Below, piece after piece: positions 9,619-19,183 of a stretch of 64,000 bases of DNA; within the stretch, counting starts at the first letter, position 1; every line of letters starts with the position of its first letter. The stretch comes from an uncultured Acidobacteriota bacterium (GTDB lineage Bacteria > Acidobacteriota > Thermoanaerobaculia > Multivoradales > UBA5704). The stretch covers positions 128,001-192,000 of the forward strand of contig OY969474.1 of assembly GCA_963700145.1 (NCBI GenBank), in the 5' to 3' direction. The notes under the pieces were generated by a model that had not been told where the DNA came from, did no database searches, and was given only the letters and a program-made list of their open reading frames with translations. Position numbers and translations under genes: made by a program.

Positions 9619-9942
9619 GAAGCTCCCCTTCGGAAAGCGAAGCTTTTCTTTTGAAAAGCGAAGCTTCCCCTTTGAAAAGTGAAGCTTACCTTTTGGACAG
9701 GGAAGCTTCCCTCTTGAAAGGTGAAGCTTAGCTTTCCGGTAGGGAAGCTTCCCTCTCGAAAGGTGAACCTTAGCTTTCGGGTGGCGAAGCTTCCCTCTTG
9801 AAAGGGGAAGCTTGGCTTTCCGGTAGCGAAGCTTCCCTCTCGCAAAGCGAAGCTTCCCTTTTGGTTGGCGAAGCTTCCCTCTTCAAAGGCGAAGCTTGCC
9901 TTTTGGCTGGGGAAGCTTCCCTTTTGAAGAGCGAAGCTTCCT
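9619..9942. repeat. Tandem array of 16 units, 21-bp period, core GAAGCTT
   Basis: Unit starts 9619, 9639, 9660, 9681, 9702, 9723, 9744, 9765, 9786, 9807, 9828, 9849, 9870, 9891, 9912, 9933. Confidence 0.95.
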
Positions 9943-9955
9943 TGACGCGGGACGA

Positions 9956-9985
9956 CGGTGGCCCTGCCCGAAGGCAGGGCCACCG
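9956..9985 (-). terminator. 13-bp hairpin with UUCG tetraloop after the S8 protease gene
   Basis: cggtggccctgcc-cgaa-ggcagggccaccg, 10 nt past the stop codon; no U-tract. Confidence 0.7.
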
Positions 9986-9995
9986 GTTGCAGCGA

Positions 9996-12900
9996 CTACT
10001 GGTCCGGACGGTGCGTGACCCGGATCGCGTTGATGAGCGGCTCCCTGTCGGCTTGCCGCATGATGAAGCGGACGTTCAGTTGCCCGTCGGTCACCGGGAG
10101 CATGAACGACTTGTCGTCCGCTGCGTTCTTGCCGACCTCGGCGGCGATGTCGAACGCGAACAGGGCGATGTTGCCCTCGATGGTGACGTCGAAGATCCGT
10201 TGGCCCGCCTTGCGGTTCTGGATCTCGGCGAAGCGCAGCTCCACCTGGTACGTGCCGGGCGGTAGACCGTCGAAGCGATACTCGGTCGCGCCGCGCCGGG
10301 CGGTCTTGTAGAGCTGGTCGTCCTCGGTGCCCGCGATCGCCGAGTTCGTGCTGGCCTCGTTACCGCGGGTGACGTAACCGAAGGAACCCGCAGTCCATGC
10401 CTGATCGCGTGCCCAGGCGTCGGCGTTGACGTCGACGTATCCGCCGTTGGCGGCGACGTCGACCCCTTGCTGGTACGCCGGCACGATCAGCCTCACCGGG
10501 ACGGTCAGTTGCGGCTGCCGGCCGCTGTTGGTGGCGATGAACAGCGTCGCGTTGTAGACGCCGGGCTGGAGGCCGGTGGTGTCGACCGTCACCTCGATCT
10601 CCTGCGTGTCGCCGGGTGTGACGATGCCTGCGGTCGGGCTCTCGGAGATCCAAGGCACGTCCACGAACGCCGGCACGCCGCTGTCGATGAGGTACACCGT
10701 GTTGGGGGCCTGGTCGATCATCCACAGGTTGCCCGCCTCGTCCATCTCCAGACCGGCGCCGGCGAAGCCGGGGCTCGGGTGCGGCAGCGTCGAGAGCACC
10801 TGGCAGGTGTCCGGATCGAGCTGGTAGATGGTGTCGGTCGGGCTGTTGGTCGCCGACCAGACGATGCCGAAGGCGGGGTTCCAGGCCAGGCCGGAGATGT
10901 TGGGGTCGGGCGGGCTGCACTGCCCGATGACCGCGCCCTTGTCGGGGTAGGAGAGACCCTTGACGTGATAGAGGATCCCCTCGTTCCAGCCGCCGATGTA
11001 GAAGCTGTCGTCGTCGGACCGGTAGGCGAGACCGCGCTGCGAGATGCCCGTCCAGGGGAAGGCCCCGGTGATGCTGCCTTCGACGGCGCCGCTGTTGATG
11101 TTCCAACAGTAGATGCCGTTGTCGCCCCCGACGTTGACCTGGCACATCAGGTTGTGGCCGGTGTCGAGAGCCATGTCGCCGGGCCACGCGCCCGCCCACG
11201 GCGCCGGCCAGTTGCGGCCGGTGGCCGCGCCCACGTCCGTGAACTCGTGGTTGCGGTTGTTGGTGGGGATGTCCGAGAGCCAGACGTTGCCGGTGTAGCC
11301 GACCCCCCAGGCCAGGCTGAGGCCGGTGGGCGGCCAGGAGCGGATGACGTCGCCCGGAGCCGTGGGCTGCCAGCCGGGCAGCGGGTTCTCGTACAGCCCA
11401 TCCGTGGTGGTGGAGTTGGGGTCGAAGTCGCCCTTGCGCGGCTGGGCCTGCAGCGAAGCCGCCGCCTGACCGCCGCCCGACTCCCGAATCTCCCACGTCA
11501 TGTCGACGCCGCCGGTGTTGCTGAGGCGCAGCGTCCGCGTGCGGGTCTGGTTGGCGGGCACCACGAGCTGCAGCGAGGTCGGGGTGACCACGCCGCGCGC
11601 CGTGTCGAGCGTGAAGTTCTGCACCGCCACCTCGTCCTCCTGATCCAGCACCACCTCCGCCGACTCGGTGCTGTAGTTGGTGGCGCTGGCCTCGACGGTG
11701 TAGGTGTCGAGCGGCAGCTGCGCGCGGTAGAAGCCGGCAGCGTCGGTGGTCGTCTGGCGGAAGAGCGAGCCGTCACGCAGGAAGCGGACGGTGGCGCCCC
11801 CCACGGGCAGGTTGTCGTTGCCGTCCCGCACCGTGCCCTGGATGAAGCCCGAAGGCGGCAGGCGGTAGAGGACCGCGAAATCGTTCTCGAGCGACGACTC
11901 GTCGGACGAGTACTGCAGCGCCACCGTGCCCGCCTGGTTCTCGATGCCGACGGTGGCCGAGTTGCCCGTCTCCCGCCCGTCCGCGTTGTTGATGTCCGTG
12001 TACTGGGTCAGGATGCGGCCGTTCTCGAACAGCACCACTTCGAAGCGCAGCCGCCGGCCCGGGTCGCCGAAGAAGTGCACGTTGCGCCACTCGATGACGA
12101 ACTGGCGGTTGGGCGCGGCGCCCAGGAGCTGGGTGCGCACGCTGGCGCTGCCGTCCACGAAGAGGTCGTCCCAGAACGGATAGACCGCGCCGTTGGGGGG
12201 GAAGGTGCTCGGGATGGCCGAGTTCCCGAACGTCGCGTTGGGCGCCAGGAAGTTGAGGAACCCGTTGGTGGCGACGTGCGCGGTGCTGTGGGTCTCGCCG
12301 TAGAAGGTGAACGGGAAGGGCAGGCTCACCTGCGCCGAGGCGTCGTCGCCGCTGAGCGGCAGGACGGTGTTGGCGTCGATGAAGCTGACCGGCACCACCT
12401 GGCAGAAGTAGCCGAAGGCGTCGGAGCGCTGGGGCAGGACGAAGTCCAGGGTCGTCGGCCCGGCGACCACCAGTGCCTGCTCCTGCGGATCGTTGCAGCG
12501 CCCGGCCTCGGCGCGGGCGGCGTAGGTCCCTTCCGGTACCGAGGCGAAGCTGTAGAAGCCGGCGCCGTCGGTGAACGCGGGCGGGATGGGAGTGCCCAAG
12601 ATGGTCACCTTGGCGTTGGCGATGGGATTGCCGTCGCCGTCCCTGACGTGCCCGCTCACCGGATGGGACGGAGCCTGCTGCAGGGCGAAGTCCTGGGTCG
12701 TGACGCCGCCGTCCGTCACCTCGACGCCGGTCGCGGTCTCGCTGACGAAGCCGAAAGCGCTGGCGGTGACGTCGTAGGTGCCGATCGGCAGCGTGAAGCT
12801 GTAGTTGCCGCCGGCGTTGGCGGTCGTCGTCCGGTCGGCGGGGCCGACCGCGTGGAGCGTGGCCCCGGCAATCGGCGCCCCGCCCGGATCCTCGGTCACC

Positions 12901-14369
12901 GTGCCGTCGAGCGTGCCCGTCGGGCCGCGCGGGGACTGGTCGACGGCGTCGAAGGCGTCGAGCCGGCCCTCGCCGAAGACGTTGTTGTCGTCGGCGTCGC
13001 CGCCGCACTGCGCGTCGAAGGTGTCGATGGCCGTGCCGTCGAGCAGCGTCCGGGTGGTGTCGATGTCGCCGACGAGCGCGATGGCCGCCGACCACATGAG
13101 GGCCACCGTGCCGGCCACGTGGGGCGACGCCATCGAGGTGCCGTTGAAGGAGGCGTAGGAGTTGAACGGCACCGAGCTGCGGACGTTGACCCCGGGAGCG
13201 GCGATGTTGGGTTTGAGCTCGCCACCGAACGCCGAGGGGCCGCGGCTGGAAAAGCCGGCGATGTTGTTGTTGATGTCGAAAGCGCCGGCGGCGTAGGTGT
13301 TGACGAAATCGCCGGGCGAGCCGGCGCTGAAGCACCCGGGGCCGGCGTTGCCGTTGGAGAAGGCGGGGAAGATGCCGCTCGCCACCCAGGCGTCGACGGT
13401 GGCTTGGTAGAAGGGGTTGCCGGGGCCGCCGCCCCAGGAGTTGTTGACGACGTGCGGCCGCAGGTCGGGCCGCGGGTTCTGATCGTTGAGGTCGGTCGGC
13501 GCGAGGATCCACTGGCCGCAGCCGAGGAGCGCCGAGTCCGAGCAGAAGTTCGACTCGCACCCCTTGCACGCCATGAACCGCGCATGGGGAGCGACGCCGA
13601 TCTGGTTGGCCCCGGGGTCGCCGTCGTCGCCCACCATGGTGCCCATGGTGTGCGTGCCGTGCCCGTTGTTGTCGCAGGGCACGTTGGACGGGCTGCCGCA
13701 CACGTTCGACGGGTCTCGCCAGTTGTAGTTGTGGTCGAAGCTCCCGCCTCCCAGGTTGCCGCGGTACTGCTGCACCAGCGCCGGGTGGTCGAACTGCACG
13801 CCGGTGTCGACGTTGGCCACCACGATGCCCTCGCCGCGCGTGCCGAAGGTGGACCAGGCCAGGGGCGCCCGGATGCGGTCGATGTTCCACTCCACGGCGT
13901 CGACGAGCGCCTCTTCCGTGCCGGGCTCGGGCTTGGGAATCTCGTAGCCGCCCTCGAGCACGATCCTGTCGACCTCCGGCCGGGCGGCCAGCTCGTTGAG
14001 CAGGGCCTCGTCACCGGTGACGCGGATGGCATTGACGATCCAGAACGACTTGTGGTTCACCCCGCGGTCCGCCAGCCAGCGGCGCAGGGGAGCCTGGCTC
14101 GCCTCGGCCACCGCTTGGAGCCGCTGGTGGACGAAGGCCCCGCGCTCCGTGCGGTTGTCGATGCCGTGGGCGGGGCGGAGGTCCGCCTTCTGTTTGAGGA
14201 CCACGAAGAAGGTCGCCTCGCCCTTGGCGGCCATCTCCTCGAGGAGCTCGGCCTCGACCTTCTCCGCCGCCTGCAGGCCTGAGTTCGCGGCCAGGAGAAC
14301 GAGCAGACACACGATGAGCAGGACCACTCCGCGCTGCCCGACGCGGAGTCGCCTAGCTGCGGTCGCCAT
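9996..14369 (-). CDS. Secreted S8 subtilase (bacillopeptidase F-like) with carboxypeptidase-regulatory-like repeats and C-terminal malectin domain
   Basis: Catalytic VDTG, HGTHTMG, GTSMASPHVAG; C-terminal YQVELRFAEI...RIFDVTIEG malectin motif; RBS GGGAGG before ATG 14369. Confidence 0.93.
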   Translation of the reverse strand: MATAARRLRVGQRGVVLLIVCLLVLLAANSGLQAAEKVEAELLEEMAAKGEATFFVVLKQKADLRPAHGIDNRTERGAFVHQRLQAVAEASQAPLRRWLADRGVNHKSFWIVNAIRVTGDEALLNELAARPEVDRIVLEGGYEIPKPEPGTEEALVDAVEWNIDRIRAPLAWSTFGTRGEGIVVANVDTGVQFDHPALVQQYRGNLGGGSFDHNYNWRDPSNVCGSPSNVPCDNNGHGTHTMGTMVGDDGDPGANQIGVAPHARFMACKGCESNFCSDSALLGCGQWILAPTDLNDQNPRPDLRPHVVNNSWGGGPGNPFYQATVDAWVASGIFPAFSNGNAGPGCFSAGSPGDFVNTYAAGAFDINNNIAGFSSRGPSAFGGELKPNIAAPGVNVRSSVPFNSYASFNGTSMASPHVAGTVALMWSAAIALVGDIDTTRTLLDGTAIDTFDAQCGGDADDNNVFGEGRLDAFDAVDQSPRGPTGTLDGTVTEDPGGAPIAGATLHAVGPADRTTTANAGGNYSFTLPIGTYDVTASAFGFVSETATGVEVTDGGVTTQDFALQQAPSHPVSGHVRDGDGNPIANAKVTILGTPIPPAFTDGAGFYSFASVPEGTYAARAEAGRCNDPQEQALVVAGPTTLDFVLPQRSDAFGYFCQVVPVSFIDANTVLPLSGDDASAQVSLPFPFTFYGETHSTAHVATNGFLNFLAPNATFGNSAIPSTFPPNGAVYPFWDDLFVDGSASVRTQLLGAAPNRQFVIEWRNVHFFGDPGRRLRFEVVLFENGRILTQYTDINNADGRETGNSATVGIENQAGTVALQYSSDESSLENDFAVLYRLPPSGFIQGTVRDGNDNLPVGGATVRFLRDGSLFRQTTTDAAGFYRAQLPLDTYTVEASATNYSTESAEVVLDQEDEVAVQNFTLDTARGVVTPTSLQLVVPANQTRTRTLRLSNTGGVDMTWEIRESGGGQAAASLQAQPRKGDFDPNSTTTDGLYENPLPGWQPTAPGDVIRSWPPTGLSLAWGVGYTGNVWLSDIPTNNRNHEFTDVGAATGRNWPAPWAGAWPGDMALDTGHNLMCQVNVGGDNGIYCWNINSGAVEGSITGAFPWTGISQRGLAYRSDDDSFYIGGWNEGILYHVKGLSYPDKGAVIGQCSPPDPNISGLAWNPAFGIVWSATNSPTDTIYQLDPDTCQVLSTLPHPSPGFAGAGLEMDEAGNLWMIDQAPNTVYLIDSGVPAFVDVPWISESPTAGIVTPGDTQEIEVTVDTTGLQPGVYNATLFIATNSGRQPQLTVPVRLIVPAYQQGVDVAANGGYVDVNADAWARDQAWTAGSFGYVTRGNEASTNSAIAGTEDDQLYKTARRGATEYRFDGLPPGTYQVELRFAEIQNRKAGQRIFDVTIEGNIALFAFDIAAEVGKNAADDKSFMLPVTDGQLNVRFIMRQADREPLINAIRVTHRPDQ

Positions 14370-14466
14370 ATGCACCTCCCTGTGGTTTGGAGTTTTACCT
14401 TCTAGCTGTATTCATATATCACAGGCGCAGAGGCTGCGCTATGGCGAATTTCCTACGCAGGAAGAG

Positions 14467-14478
14467 GGGAAGCTTCCC
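14467..14478. promoter_or_regulatory. Solo GGGAAGCTTCCC palindrome matching the 21-bp array core
   Basis: Perfect 12-bp palindrome, also present in array units 5, 7 and 15; about 100 bp upstream of the S8 start. Confidence 0.45.
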
Positions 14479-16571
14479 TAGGGCGTGACGATCCGCACGG
14501 CGCGGTCGCGCTCGAGAGGAACGACGGCCTCGCCCAGGATCTCGTTGTAGATCGGGTCGCGCACGGCGAGGACGTAGCGGCCGGCGCCGAGGCCCGCGAA
14601 GACGAAGCCGCCCGCCTCGTCGGTGAGGGTGCTGGTGAGCCGCTCGTCGGCGGCGTCGCCCTCCTGCCGCAGGTCGATCCACAGCCCGGCGGCCGCTTCG
14701 TCGGTCACCTGGCCGCGCAGGGTCAGCGGCGGGCCGGCCGGGAAGACGATCTCGGCCGACTCGGCGGTCCCGGCTTCGCCGACCACGATGCGGGCGCGGG
14801 CGACGCGGACGCCGCCCTCCCGCCGCAGCCGCGCGGTCAGCTCCCAGGGGCCGGGGCCGAGGTCGCTCAGCTCGAACTCGGCCGCGGGGTCGACGCGGGT
14901 GCGGTGCTCGATCTCTCCTTGGCGCGCCAGGACCTCGACGTCGATGAGCTCCTCCGCGGCGAGCCCGACGATGCGCCCGTGGAGCGGCACCGGCTCGCGC
15001 AGCCGGAGCTCGATGCCGGCGACCGGCGCCTCCCCGACCTCGATCGGCTCTTCCGCCGTGACGCTCGCCAACCCTTCCCACGAAGCGGTCAAGACGTAGC
15101 TCCCCGGGTGCACGCGGAAAGCGAAGGTGCCGTCCTTGCCCGCACCGTGACCCCACAACGGGCGCGGTTGTCCCACCGCCCGCGCCTGGACGCTCGCGTA
15201 GGCCTGCGGCGTCCCGTCGGGCGCGAGCACGCGTCCCTGGATCTCGACCAGCGGGCGGATTTCGAGATCGAAGTCGATTTCGCGCTCGCCCGGCGCGATC
15301 CGCACCTCCGCTTCGACGCCAAGACCGGGCGCGTCCGCGCGCAACCGCCAGAGACCGGGGCCCAGGCCGGTCAGGGTGAAGCGGTTCTCGGCGTCGAGCT
15401 CGGCCCGCCGGTAGACGCCGCGCTGATACGCCTCGACCTCCTGGCGTCGCTGTTCCGGGTCGGCCCCGAGGACTCGGCCGCGCAGCGTGGCGGCGTCGGC
15501 GAGCCGGATCTCCAGCCCTTCGACCGGCGCGCCGCGCACGACGACGGGGCGCTCCAGCCGTCCGGGGGCGTAGCCGGCGGCCTCCGCCGAGAGCTCGTGG
15601 ATGCCGTCGCCGCTCGGCAAGCTGAAGCCGCCGTCGGCGGCGCTCCGCGTCTCGCCGGCGACGCCGCCGCCACGCTCCTCCCACCGCACGCGTGCATCAC
15701 CGACCGGCCGGCCGGCGGCGTCCACCACCCGGCCCCGCAGCTCGTGCGCGATGCGCGCGCTCAAGCGGAAGTCGGCTTCGTTCTCTCCCGAGCCGACCTC
15801 GACGCTCTGCTGGGCGTAGTCGAGCCCTGGCGGGTGGAGCTGGACCCATACCGGACCCGGCTCGAGGCCCGTGAGGACGTAGCGGCCGTCGGCGTCGCTC
15901 TTGACGTCGTTGTGGTTCGAACGGCCCGACGAAGCGAAGAGGCGGACCTCGCCGCGCGGCTTGCCGTCGCTGCCGAGCACCCTGCCGCGCAGGACCGCCC
16001 CCCGCTCCACGAGGACGTCGGGGACTCGCGCTTCGCCGGCCGCCAGCTTCAGGTGGAAGGGCGGCGCCTTGAGGTAGCCGGGCGCCTCGACGTGCAGCCG
16101 ATAGAGACCGGGCTCGAAGTGATCGACCAGGAACGAGCCGTCGGGCCCGGTGCGGGTGGTGCGAGCCGACCGGTCGCGCGGGCAGACACCGTCGGCGAAG
16201 GAGGAGCAGCGCGCACCGGAGTCGGTGAGCTGCCGCCCCCAGACGTTGGCGCCGGCGACCGGGCTCCCCGTCACCGCGTCGAGCACCCTTCCGGCGACGC
16301 GGGCGGCAGGCTCGAGGACGACGCGGATCGGCTCGCCGCCGCGGCGCGCGATCACGCCCTGGGTGAGGAAGCCCGGACCGCAAAGCTCGACGAAGAGGTC
16401 GCTCTGCATCTCCGGGAGAACGAAACGGCCGTCGGCGCCGGTCACCGCCAGCCGCTGGGGACCGTGCCCGGAGGTGAGGTCCCAGACCTCGATCCCGGCG
16501 GCCGGCGCGCCGAGCGGATCGGTGATTCGGCCGGCGAGGAGGAGGAGCGCGGGGAGGAGGGGGCGCAGCAT
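14478..16571 (-). CDS. Carboxypeptidase-regulatory-like repeat protein (secreted beta-sandwich repeats)
   Basis: Repeated GRV.D..G.P..GA.V and T..DG.F.L..L.PG.Y motifs. Confidence 0.8.
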   Translation of the reverse strand: MLRPLLPALLLLAGRITDPLGAPAAGIEVWDLTSGHGPQRLAVTGADGRFVLPEMQSDLFVELCGPGFLTQGVIARRGGEPIRVVLEPAARVAGRVLDAVTGSPVAGANVWGRQLTDSGARCSSFADGVCPRDRSARTTRTGPDGSFLVDHFEPGLYRLHVEAPGYLKAPPFHLKLAAGEARVPDVLVERGAVLRGRVLGSDGKPRGEVRLFASSGRSNHNDVKSDADGRYVLTGLEPGPVWVQLHPPGLDYAQQSVEVGSGENEADFRLSARIAHELRGRVVDAAGRPVGDARVRWEERGGGVAGETRSAADGGFSLPSGDGIHELSAEAAGYAPGRLERPVVVRGAPVEGLEIRLADAATLRGRVLGADPEQRRQEVEAYQRGVYRRAELDAENRFTLTGLGPGLWRLRADAPGLGVEAEVRIAPGEREIDFDLEIRPLVEIQGRVLAPDGTPQAYASVQARAVGQPRPLWGHGAGKDGTFAFRVHPGSYVLTASWEGLASVTAEEPIEVGEAPVAGIELRLREPVPLHGRIVGLAAEELIDVEVLARQGEIEHRTRVDPAAEFELSDLGPGPWELTARLRREGGVRVARARIVVGEAGTAESAEIVFPAGPPLTLRGQVTDEAAAGLWIDLRQEGDAADERLTSTLTDEAGGFVFAGLGAGRYVLAVRDPIYNEILGEAVVPLERDRAVRIVTP

Positions 16572-16753
16572 GCCCGCTCGCCTAGCAACCCGGATGCCCG
16601 GCGTTTACGCCCGCAAACGCCCTGTTTGCAGGGCGTTCCGCCGCTCGCGCGTCCATCCGGGTGGACGGGTTCAGCGTGCCGTCTCCGGTCCGCCGGATCG
16701 TCCGCCGCGCGCGCTGAAACATGGTCCCCGGCGCGTGCGTAAGGAAACAGCAA

Positions 16754-19171
16754 ATGGACACCCTGCTGCAGGACCTGCGCTTCGGCCTCCGTACGCTCCG
16801 GCAGAGCCCCGGCTTCACCTTCGTGGCCGTGCTCTGCATCGCCTTGGGCATCGGGGTGAACATCACCATCTTCAGCGTCGTCAACGCCATCCTGCTGCGG
16901 CCGCTGCCCTTCAACGAGCCGGAGCGGATCGTCGTCGTCCACTCGACGCAGGTCAAGAACGACATCGACGACGCCGGGGTCTCCTACCTCGACCTCCGCG
17001 ACCTGAAGGAGGAGTCCGACCGGCTCTTCACCGAGATCGCCGCCACCACCGGCCGCAGCCTCACCCTGGGCGGCGGCGAGGAGCCCGAGCGCGTCCTCGG
17101 CGCCGGCATCACCGCGAACCTGCTGCCGATGCTCGGCATCCAGCCGGTCGTCGGGCGCCTCTTCCGCGCCGACGAGGACCGCCCCGGCGCGCCGAACGTG
17201 GTCCTGCTGTCGAACGACCTCTGGCTCCGCCGCTACGGCGGCGACCGCAAGATTGTCGGCAGCACCATCCTGGTCAACGCCGAGCCGCACACCGTGGTCG
17301 GCGTCATGCCCCCGCGCTTCCGCTTCCCCTACCAGCAGGACGCCTGGGTGCCGCTGGCGCCGCTGGTCTACGAGGAGGAGCGCTCCGAGCGTTCGCTCTG
17401 GGTGCTGGCGCGGCTGGCGCCGCGGATGACCGTGCCGCAGGCGCAGGCGGCGATCGAGGCCTTCGCCAAGCGCCAGGCCGAGCGCTACCCCGCCGTCCAC
17501 GCCGGCTGGAGCGCCGCGGTGTTCACGCTGCGCCGCGAGATGGTGGAGGAGGAGGTGCAGCTCATGGTGCTGACGATGCAGGGGGCCGTCTTCTTCGTCC
17601 TCCTCATCGCCGGGGCGAACGTCGCCAACCTGCTGCTGGCACGCGCCACGGCGCGGCAGCGCGAGGTCGCCATCCGCTCCGCCTTCGGCGCCAGCCGCTG
17701 GCGCATCGTCCGCCAGCTCCTGACCGAGAGCCTCATGGTGTCGCTGCTCGGCGGCGCGCTCGGCGTGCTCGTCGGGCAGTGGGGGATCAAGCTCCTCGAC
17801 GCCGCGATGCCGGCCGACAACCCGCCCCCCTACTGGATGTACTGGGAGATCGACCGCTCGGTGCTCCTCTTCACCGTCGTGCTGGCGGTCGTCACCGGCA
17901 TCATCTTCGGCCTGGCGCCGGCGCTCCAGGCCGCCAAGCCCGACCTCAACGGCGCGCTCAAGGAGGGGGGGCGCGGCTCGGGCGGCAGCGTCGCCCGCAA
18001 CAAGCTGCGCAACACGCTGGTGGTGCTCGAGGTGGCCCTGTCGCTGGTGCTGCTGGTCGGTGCCTCGCTCTTCGTGCGCAGCTTCATGAAGCTGCAGGGG
18101 GCGAGCGGCGGCTTCGACCCGGCGCACATCCTCACCCTGCGCATCCACCTCCCGGGCGACGTCTACGAGGAGGAGCTGCCGAAGACGCGCAAGGTCGAGG
18201 AGCTGGCGCGCGTGCTGGCGGCGGTGCCCGGCGTCCAGGCGGTCGGCGCCTCGAACAACATCCCGCTCGGAGGAGGAGGCGGCGGCGCCAGCGTGCTGAT
18301 CGAAGGGCAGCCGGTGGCGCCGGGGGAGGAGCCGGGGATCTTCTACACCGGCATCACCGCCGACTGGCTCCGGGCGCTGGACATCCGGCCCACGGCCGGC
18401 CGCGGCTTTACAGAAGGCGAGGCGGGCTCGCGGTCGGCGGTGGCGCTGGTCAACGCGACCTTCGCGCAGCGCTTCTGGAAGGGGGACGCGGTCGGGCGCC
18501 GCTTCCGCTTGAAGGACGAGGAGGACACGCGCTGGATCACCGTCGTCGGCGTCGTCCCCGACTTCAAGAACGAGGACCTCAACGACGACACCGAGCCCTC
18601 GGCCTACCTGCCCTTCCCCTACCTCGCGATCCGCAACACGGGGTTCCTGCTGCGCACGCGCGGCGAGCCGCTCGAGACGGCGACCGCGGCGCGCGCGGCG
18701 ATCCGCGCCGCCGATCCGGGCATCCCGGTCTTCGAGGTGGCGGACATGCAAACGGTGCGGATGAGCGGGGTCTGGGAGTACGGCCTCTTCGGCAAGATGT
18801 TCTCGACCTTCGGCATCATCGCCCTCTTCCTCGCCGCGATCGGCGTCTACGGCGTCCTCTCCTACGTCGTCGGCCAGCGGATCCGCGAGATCGGCGTGCG
18901 GGTGGCGCTCGGGGCGCAGCGCTGGCACGTGCTGCGGCTGGTGGTGCGGCAGGGGCTGGTGCTGGCGCTCTGCGGCATCGGCTTGGGGCTGATCGGCGCC
19001 TTCGGCGTGACGCGCGTGGTGGGGGAGATCCTCTACGACGTCTCGCCCACCGACCCGGTGAGCTTCGTCGCGATCTCGCTGCTCCTCGCCGGCATCGCCT
19101 GCCTCGCCAGCTACGTGCCGGCGCGGCGGGCGACCGCCGTCGATCCGCTGGAGGCGCTGCGGGCGGAGTAG
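16754..19171 (+). CDS. ADOP-type duplicated ABC permease (MacB/FtsX-like)
   Basis: MDTLLQDLRFGLRTLRQSPGFT, NVANLLLARATARQREVAIR, REIGVRVALGA, VDPLEALRAE. Confidence 0.95.
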   Translation: MDTLLQDLRFGLRTLRQSPGFTFVAVLCIALGIGVNITIFSVVNAILLRPLPFNEPERIVVVHSTQVKNDIDDAGVSYLDLRDLKEESDRLFTEIAATTGRSLTLGGGEEPERVLGAGITANLLPMLGIQPVVGRLFRADEDRPGAPNVVLLSNDLWLRRYGGDRKIVGSTILVNAEPHTVVGVMPPRFRFPYQQDAWVPLAPLVYEEERSERSLWVLARLAPRMTVPQAQAAIEAFAKRQAERYPAVHAGWSAAVFTLRREMVEEEVQLMVLTMQGAVFFVLLIAGANVANLLLARATARQREVAIRSAFGASRWRIVRQLLTESLMVSLLGGALGVLVGQWGIKLLDAAMPADNPPPYWMYWEIDRSVLLFTVVLAVVTGIIFGLAPALQAAKPDLNGALKEGGRGSGGSVARNKLRNTLVVLEVALSLVLLVGASLFVRSFMKLQGASGGFDPAHILTLRIHLPGDVYEEELPKTRKVEELARVLAAVPGVQAVGASNNIPLGGGGGGASVLIEGQPVAPGEEPGIFYTGITADWLRALDIRPTAGRGFTEGEAGSRSAVALVNATFAQRFWKGDAVGRRFRLKDEEDTRWITVVGVVPDFKNEDLNDDTEPSAYLPFPYLAIRNTGFLLRTRGEPLETATAARAAIRAADPGIPVFEVADMQTVRMSGVWEYGLFGKMFSTFGIIALFLAAIGVYGVLSYVVGQRIREIGVRVALGAQRWHVLRLVVRQGLVLALCGIGLGLIGAFGVTRVVGEILYDVSPTDPVSFVAISLLLAGIACLASYVPARRATAVDPLEALRAE

Positions 19172-19183
19172 TAGGCTGGCCGC

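Noticed and set aside
9619-9942. CRISPR array interpretation of the 21-bp repeats
   Set aside because: Period is too short, the variable parts are related to each other rather than unique spacers, and no cas genes are present
9375-9983. 202-aa minus-strand ORF with GSF heptad repeats upstream of the STAND gene (possible amyloid-like partner)
   Set aside because: Its GTG start lies inside the terminator hairpin, it has no RBS, and it reads through the antisense of the degenerate gene duplicate; the peptide repeat is explained by the DNA array. Not fully excluded without proteomics.
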